A stretch of DNA of 64,000 bases, taken from the NCBI GenBank assembly GCA_951406725.2, contig OX597829.1:1984001-2048000 (forward strand), written 5' to 3'. This DNA is from Octopus vulgaris. Lineage: Eukaryota. Position 1 is the first letter of the stretch, and every line of letters starts with the position of its first letter. The notes under the pieces were generated by a model. It was not told the DNA's origin. It saw nothing but the letters and a program-made list of their open reading frames with translations, and did not search any database. This document shows, one piece after another, positions 56,155 through 64,000 of the stretch. The position numbers and the translations under genes are program-made.

Positions 56155-56899
56155 AACTCTTTTACTCTTTTACACTTTTATTTGTTTCAGTCATCTGACT
56201 GCGGCCATGCTGAAGCATCGCCTTTAGTCGAGCAATTCGACCCCAGGACTTATTCTATCGGTCTCTTTTGCCGAACCGCTAAGTTACGGGGACATAAACA
56301 TACCAGCATCGGCTGTCAAGCGATTTTGTGGGGACACAGACATACAAACACACACACATATATATACACATATACATATATACGACGGGCTTCTTTCAGT
56401 TTCCGTCTACCAAATTCACTCACAATGTTTTGGTCGGCCCGAGGCTATAGTAGAAGACACTTGCCCAAGGTGCCATGCAGTGGGACTGAACCCGGAACCT
56501 AGTGGTTGGTAAGCAAGCTACGTACCACACAGCCACTCCTGCGCCTATATACATATATACGACGAGCTTCTTTCAGTTTCCATCTACCAAATCCACTCAC
56601 AATGCTTTGGTCGGCCCGGGGCTATAGCAGAAGACACTTGCCCAAGGTGCCTCGCAGTGGGACTGAACCCCGAACCATGTGGTTGGTAAGCAAGCTACTT
56701 ACCACACAGCCACTCCTGCGCCTATATACATATATACGACGGGCTTCTTTCAGTTTCCATCTACCAAATCCACTCACAATGCTTTGGTCGGCCCGGGGCT
56801 ATAGTAGAAGACACTTGACCAAGGTGCCTCGCAGTGGGACTGAACCCGGAACCATGTGGTTGGTAAGCAAGCTACTTACCACACAGCCAGTACTGCGCC
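56155..56899 (-). mobile_element. SINE family A with triplicated 5' half (177-bp period)
   Basis: Units start at 56383, 56560 and 56737; heads end at 56545, 56722 and 56899. Confidence 0.93.
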
Positions 56900-57339
56900 T
56901 AAACCTTCTTGAAGCCATAAATTGCCCGTTCATTCATTGTGAATATTACACACATGCAACAATGAATTACCTCGTCTTCCATTGCTTCAACCTCTCAAAA
57001 GGTTTAATTTAGGCGGGAGTACTTGTACCTCTCTTGTTCTATACGAGGATGCGTTCCCTGTTGGGGTGTCATGGGGATAAAATTACTCTCTTCATTGATC
57101 GAACAGAAGAACTTTGGATATTTTCTTCTGTTTTCTGAATTTCTTGCTCTCAAATTTATTTATTTATTTAGTTAGTTAGTTGCTTATTCATTTGTTAGGG
57201 TAGTCGATTGGTCATCATGAAATTTAACGGCGAAATATCATATAGGTATAATCAGGTTTATATATAAACTTAGATAAACTTAGATATGTTTCGACCAATG
57301 ATTGGTCCAGGCCATGTATAACTTAATAGCACCACCTGA

Positions 57340-57400
<61 letters not shown>

Positions 57401-57494
57401 TGACACACACACATTCACACACACTCACATATACACATATATATATACATGTACATATATATATATATATATATATGTAAATATACACACACAC

Positions 57495-57528
<34 letters not shown>

Positions 57529-58785
57529 ATAAATGAGTATATCTGCATATTTATACATACATATACATATATATATCTATCTATATATATGTATATATAT
57601 ACTATGCATATATATGTGCACACCCAGTCATGTATATATATATATTTATATATATATATCAGCACTCATGCATATATATGCATGTGTATATGCGTGTGTG
57701 TAGGTGTGTTGTACAAACACACCCTATGGCTGAACAAAAGTTGGAACAGCTTTGATCATGAGTCAGGTCTAAACCTAGGAATTGTACCACCACCACTACC
57801 ACCACCACTACTACTACAACTATTACTACTACTACTACTACTACTGCTGCGAAAAATATTTTAATAATCTATGTTGTCAGGATTAAATTGGAATACATTT
57901 AAGATGTTTTGCAGCTTAAGACGGATTCATCAAATTCCTCTCTTACAATTGCTTTCCTGGGGGATTAATTTTTAATCGGAATATGTGCCATTTTAATTTT
58001 TTTTTTCTGTTCTGGCATTGTTAAAGTTGCCTGTTTTTGTCGTTGTTTTTTGTTGATATTGATGATGTTGTTGTCGTTGTTGTTGTTGATGAAGCTGTTG
58101 TTGTCGTTGTTTGTGTTGTTGGCTTTGTCGTCATCGTAGTAGTCGTCGTTGTCGCCATGGTTATCGTTCTTATTTTGATTCTAGGCAGTTCAATCGAAGC
58201 AAAAGTATTTAGGGACCAAAACATATCCTGCCATGACCCTCTCATCTTATTCGACGGCAAAAGTGTGCCACAGACAACTCTATCTAATCTTATCCTTTGC
58301 GACGGAATATAGCATGATTTGAGGAAATTTCGACTACCATTTCAAACCCAGGCCCTTTCATGCGGCTACAACCACTTGCACTGTCGGTGTAGTTGTTATT
58401 AATGCCATCTTTATCTCAGCAGATCAACAACTAAAAATGTCCCAACCGCGACCATCCCAACTCTTATACGGATATAGCGTAACTGGGTCCTTCTTTTTTA
58501 TGTTCAACCCCCGGCTAGACCTCTTCAGTACCACGTACTCAAAGAGGATCCATCTGTACCCAAACAATTTTTTTCATATTAACACATCAAGGACTTTTTA
58601 ATGACCTTCCAAGTCAGTCTTGATCCAGCTGCGCTGCGATCAAAGACATTCCAAACATGACTATCAAGTCTGTTATTCTCGAATTACAAGAACTACATTA
58701 ACTAATGTATGCTCATGACTTTGTTTTTTGTTTTCTTTTTAGTCTCCCTGGATAAGCAAATTTATAATCAGGGATGTTCCTTCCA

Positions 58786-59016
58786 TATTTCTTTACTACC
58801 CACAAGGGGCTAAACAGAGAGGGGACAAACAAGGACGGACAAATGGACTAAGTCGATTAGATCGACCCCAGTGCGTAACTGGTACTTAATTTATCGACCC
58901 CGAAAGGATGAAAGGCAAAGTCGACCTCGGCAGAATTTCAACTCAGAACGTAACGGCAGACGAAATACGGCTACGCATTTCGCCCGGTGTGCTAACGTTT
59001 CTGCCTGCTCGGCGCC
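58786..59016 (-). mobile_element. SINE family B
   Basis: Reverse complement of family B. Confidence 0.92.
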
Positions 59017-59056
59017 GTAATATATATTTAATACAGTTTGAGTTGCTTCCTTGTAA

Positions 59057-59349
59057 GCGCATGGCTCAGTGGTTAGAGCATCGGGCTCACAATCATGTGG
59101 CAGTGAGTTCGATTCTCAGACCGAGCTGTGTGTTGTGTTCTTGAGCAAGACACATTATTTCAAGTTTGCTCCAGTTCACTCAGCCGTAGAAAGCCTTTGC
59201 CTTTCTCTTGGATAACATCGGAAAGGGGTGGTTGGTATGCATGGGTGACTGCTGGTCTTCCACAAACATTACCCAGACTCATGCCTCGGAGGGAAACTTT
59301 CTAGGTTCAATCCCATGGTCATTAATGACCGAACAGGTCTTTACCTTTT
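59057..59349 (+). mobile_element. tRNA-derived SINE family D
   Basis: A box tggctcagtgg, B box gagttcgattc, ttgagcaagacac domain, (tttacc) tail. Confidence 0.75.
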
Positions 59350-59403
59350 GTGCTTCCTTGTAAGTGCGTCGGTCAAAATGCCTTGCGGTATTGACTTGTA
59401 GTA

Positions 59404-59634
59404 GGCGGCGAGCTGGCAGAAACGTTAGCACGCCGGGTGAAATGCGTAGCCGTATTTCGTCTGCCGTTACGTTCTGAGTTCAAATTCTGCCGAGGTCGAC
59501 TTTGCCATTCATCCTTTCGGGGTCGATTAAATAAGTACCAGTTACGCACTGGGGTCGATATAATCGACTTAGTCCATTTGTCTGTCCTTGTTTGTCCCCT
59601 CTGTGTTTAGCCCCTTGTGGGTAGTAAAGAAATA
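59404..59634 (+). mobile_element. SINE family B
   Basis: Colinear with family B. Confidence 0.92.
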
Positions 59635-59639
59635 TATAT

Positions 59640-59870
59640 TATTACAACGGCCTCCGCTCCACGGAGGAGCTAATTTCGTGTCTCGAACACTCAGATACTC
59701 CGACTCATTCGTCTCGTCTCTCCTCACACATGTAATGCTCAACTTTCAAAGGCTCGCACTAACTTCTGCGTCCAAACATCCCTTTCCTAGGAGCATCCGC
59801 TCTCTAAAATCCTTTCTCCTTTTTTTCTTTATTATCTCTCTGCACATGTCTCTCCTGCAGGTGTTAACTT
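59640..59870 (+). pseudogene. Possible degraded CR1/Jockey-group LINE C-terminus
   Basis: PFPRSIRSLKSF resembles SFFPRT..LWNSL; weak. Confidence 0.25.
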
Positions 59871-60552
59871 AAGTGGAATAATAACAGCATCAGTTTCGGC
59901 AGTCTTAGAGGGTCTGCGAAGGATTTGGGTACTTCGTATTCCAATGGACATAGTAAAAAATGGAAAATAAAAAAAAATACAAGAGTTCTTTTCATATTTC
60001 TTGCTAACCGGTTTTTCTCTGTATTTTAAGTGAAATATTCTTTTCGAAACGCTGAGTTAAATTAGTCGCAAGTTTCTCTAAACAGACAGTTCGTGTTAGA
60101 AAATAATTCTTCTGCAACGTGGAAATAGATAGAGAGGCAAACGTTTTTGTGAGAATCGAGTTTGGATTTAGTTTAGTGAGAATTATTAACGTCAGAAAAG
60201 TTTGAAGGTCCGTCTATTACAAGAGCAAAACCATTTTTAAAAAATTAATTTTTGACGTCGTAATGCAACATGTCAACATTGACTTTTGTCACAAGAATTA
60301 ACCCCCAAACCGTGACGATTCTATTTTGTCGTTTATTATAATGTGAACAACATATATTGCATAGAGAGACTGTTCGCAAGTGATATCTGTTGACTTGTAC
60401 AAAATGGAGTTTGTTCTTTCAATTAAAATGAAGCAATAAACATACGTTTATAAACGCCGTACAATTTGATATGTGCACTTTCAAATCGGCTTCAACTAAC
60501 CATGAAAAGATATCATTATTACGTTCTCTGAAACCATAGATGCTACGAATCA

Positions 60553-60965
60553 GGTGCAGGAGTGGCTATGTGGTAAGTAGCTTGCTTACCAACCACATGG
60601 TTCCGGGTTCAGTCCAACTGCGTGGCATATTGGGCAAGTGTCTTCTACTATAGCCTCTGGCCGAACAAAGCCTTGTGAATGGATTTGGTAGACGGAAACT
60701 GAAAGAAGCCTGTCGTATATGTATATATACATGTGTGTGTGTGTGTGTGTATCATTGTGTGTCTGTGTTTGTCCCCCCAACACCACTCGACAACCGATGC
60801 TTATGTGTTTACGTCCCTGTAACTTAGCGGTTCGGCAAAAGAGACCGATAGAATAAGTACTAGGCTTACAAAGAGTAAGTCCTGGGGTCGATTTGCTCGA
60901 CTAGAGGTGGTGCTCCAGCATGGCCGCAGTCAAATGACTGAAACAAGTAAAAAAGAATAAAAGAA
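60553..60965 (+). mobile_element. SINE family A with 32-bp TSD
   Basis: ttacgttctctgaaaccatagatgctacgaat at 60519-60550 and 60970-61001. Confidence 0.94.
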
Positions 60966-62777
60966 TTATTTACGTTCTCTGAAACCATAGATGCTACGAA
61001 TATTATGGATGACAGGCTACAAATCCTAATAACTGAAGCTCAAATTTTATTTTGCTGCAGGCGAAAAACTCCATCGCAAGTTTGTTGCGAATCTGAGTTT
61101 ATTACAACTTTTTTTTTTTTGTATAGGTTTAGCGGCTGAAGCATGATTTGTTAAACTAATTTTGTGAACTCGTATTTCAAAACTGTACTCTTTATGCAAA
61201 GCCTTATCGCTAGCTTATTTTGTTTCTACCGTCCAATTGAATATTGTGGATCCGTTTGGCAGTAGTTTTTAAACTTTTTTCTCTACTTTGTCCATTTGCT
61301 CATTGTATAGACATGGGAAACATGGATTTTTAGGACGCACACACTCGTAATCCTTCTCGACGACTACAAGATGTACAGATCTTTCTGTCGGACGAGATGG
61401 AGAAGATAGGTAGTGTCGCTGTAGAAAGTTTGGAGCATACTGTACGGATAATCTTCGTGGAAATGGTTAGTTAGTTGGTAGTTCCAGGACACGGAAACAG
61501 TTAAGGCAGTGCTTTCAGGCAAATGGCCATTTGTGTCTCCGATTGAGACCGACGGTCATACTTCTTCAGCTGCTAGAAGCTCGTTAGCGAAAGCATGCGA
61601 TTTTTAATGGTATCTCGAGCGTACACAGGGGTTGTGCAGTTACAGACAATAAGAGGGACATGTAGTTTCAACTGTCTTTAAAGAACCGACTGAATTTCCT
61701 GAATGTTTCGTGATGGGAATGGGCAAACCAAAATGAATCATCGTGATCTTAGCTTCAGTAATTTGTTAGTTAAACATGAGATTAAGGTGGGGTGTCCTAA
61801 ATATTAGCTGATGGGCTACGCAGACCACAAATTTGTGATTTGCTTGACCTATCGATATAAAATGCAACGACAGGAACCTGGTTACGGGGAAATGGATGCG
61901 TCTTTCTCAGCGCGGAATTTCCGCAGCGATCGTATTAAGCAAACTAGATAAGCGTGAGTTGACGGAGGCGATAGACAACAACCAGAAGCGGAAGTCGTTT
62001 AAAGGAAAACAATACATGGGACATAAAAAAAAAATTGAAGATACAAAGCACATAGTTATAAAAGGCGATTAGCAAAATGTATCTCGAATGTTGCTCGCAC
62101 AGTAAAACTGACGCCCAGCCATTTCTTCAACACGAAATATTAAGTTTTCGTTGTCCGGAATAAGACGCATGTTTTAAATTCAAGAGACTGAAGGCAGTTC
62201 AATGAATCCGGACGGCGAAGCACATCAAAGCGAACAGTATGAATTTGTGTTGTTTTCAGATCTCATAATTGGATAATTTCTATTTCCAGATAATTATATT
62301 TTTTCCATCTTTTTAAACATATTTTATCAGCTGTTGAGATGGATACGTCCATTAAGAAGTATTTCTTGTAGACAGTGTCTGCTCAGTTGGTCTTGATCTC
62401 TCTTTGTCTATGGTAATTGGCACATTCCAAACTATGATAAAAGATGGTAAAGTCATACATCTTTTCTAGTGTACGCATAAACTCTCTTTTCTAGTCGTAT
62501 TTCAAAGAGCTGCCATAACATCCAGAGCATAAAAACCTTCTTGACTATTCGCGGGTAAAAGGGGAAATCAACATTAATTATATGGCACATGTGGTTCACC
62601 TTATCCACTTCTACTGGGTCGATTTTGTTGTGCTCTATGATTTGATTTGTTTAGATTGAGAAATCCCGCAGGAATTTGTGGGTTTGGACGAAGTCTAGGG
62701 CATCCATTCACCGTTTGGGCAATGGTTCCTCCACTCTAAAACTCTATTACAAATGCGGTACAGGGAAGACATTTGTT

Positions 62778-63111
<334 letters not shown>

Positions 63112-63487
63112 CAGTAGTTTTATTTTTATAGCGTGCTTTCACTTCACTACCGAGCGCAGCTCTGTGTGCCTTGGGTATGTGCTGTGATTTGTTGTGATGC
63201 TCTGATGGTTATTGTATGGAAAGTGTTCTGCGTAGGATGTGTGCAGTGCCTAGTAGTGCAATTTTCTGTATGTTATATGTGTTTGTAAGTCCTGGTGTTT
63301 TTGTTATGTATTTGTCTGAATATTTTTTTATCATGCCTAATGCACCTACTATGATAGGAATTGTTTCTGTTTTCAGATTCCACATTCTAGTTACCTCTAT
63401 TTCCAGGTCTTTGTATTTTGAGAGTTTCTCCATTTCTTTTAGAGACACGTTGTCATCTGCCGGTATTGATACATCAATTAGAAAGCA
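63112..63487 (-). mobile_element. R4/Dong-clade 3' fragment, frame intact
   Basis: CFLIDVSIPADDNVSLKEMEKLSKYKDLEIEVTRMWNLKTETIPIIVGALG..IQKIALLGTAHILRRTLSIQ*; (TAA)n on both sides. Confidence 0.93.
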
Positions 63488-63490
63488 TTA

Positions 63491-63584
<94 letters not shown>

Positions 63585-63604
63585 GATTATTATTATTATT
63601 ATTA

Positions 63605-63665
<61 letters not shown>
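63488..63665. repeat. (TTA)n microsatellite
   Basis: Direct reading. Confidence 0.97.
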
Positions 63666-64000
63666 CTCTTTCTCGCGGGTTTCGTTGGAGCTTCTCGAGT
63701 CTGGCATGCTTAGCGGGCTTACTACCTACAGCCTATGGTACCATGCTATCCGTTCTATTCAGCTTTCTAATACTTTTCTGATTATTCTGGCCGTGCCAAG
63801 GAAGCAAACCTTTTGTAACAGTTCTACTGGGTATTCTATTCCAATTTCCTTTATATTACTCATGATGCCTTCTTATACTATTCCCAAGGACCCAAAAATA
63901 ATTGGCACTATCTTCACCTTCTTCATTTTCCATAGCCGGGCTATTTCTTACTTAAGAGTGTTGTATCTGTCAATCTTTTCGCCTCCCTTCTTGACTATTC
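63666..64000 (-). mobile_element. R4/Dong-clade 3' fragment running off the window
   Basis: EKIDRYNTLK*EIARLWKMKKVKIVPIIFGSLG..LLQKVCFLGTARIIRKVLES*. Confidence 0.9.

Noticed and set aside
56383-56899. Regularly spaced repeats as a CRISPR array
   Set aside because: Units are whole SINE halves with no unique spacers; eukaryotic context and no cas genes.
59057-59130. tRNA-like sequences (also 37054, 55746 and family A heads)
   Set aside because: They continue into SINE bodies and lack a complete cloverleaf; SINE heads, not tRNA genes.
61250-62050. Possible Tx1-like ORF1 remnant (FSC..LAKAC zinc-knuckle echo at about 61550-61600)
   Set aside because: Single eroded motif; insufficient without a translated search.

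Overview
AT-rich, microsatellite-saturated animal DNA. The SINE families point to an octopus (cephalopod) genome; this is recognition from memory, not a database match. I see no intact protein-coding gene. Nearly all listed ORFs are translations of (TA)n, (CA)n, (TACA)n or (TAA)n repeats, or transposon debris. The window looks like a gene desert or a very large intron. It contains at least four tRNA-derived SINE families, five 3' fragments of R4/Dong-type (restriction-like endonuclease) LINEs sitting in (TAA)n tracts, RTE remnants, Tc1/mariner, hAT and probable Merlin MITEs, Helitrons, and Penelope-like terminal remnants. The most striking signal is a set of hammerhead-ribozyme motifs. Three sequence-divergent copies (minus strand at 581-640, 1509-1569 and 9462-9526) carry the catalytic core in a non-circularly permuted strand order, with compensatory changes in stems I and III. 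Several conventional type I hammerheads and half-motifs also occur. All structures were derived by eye.
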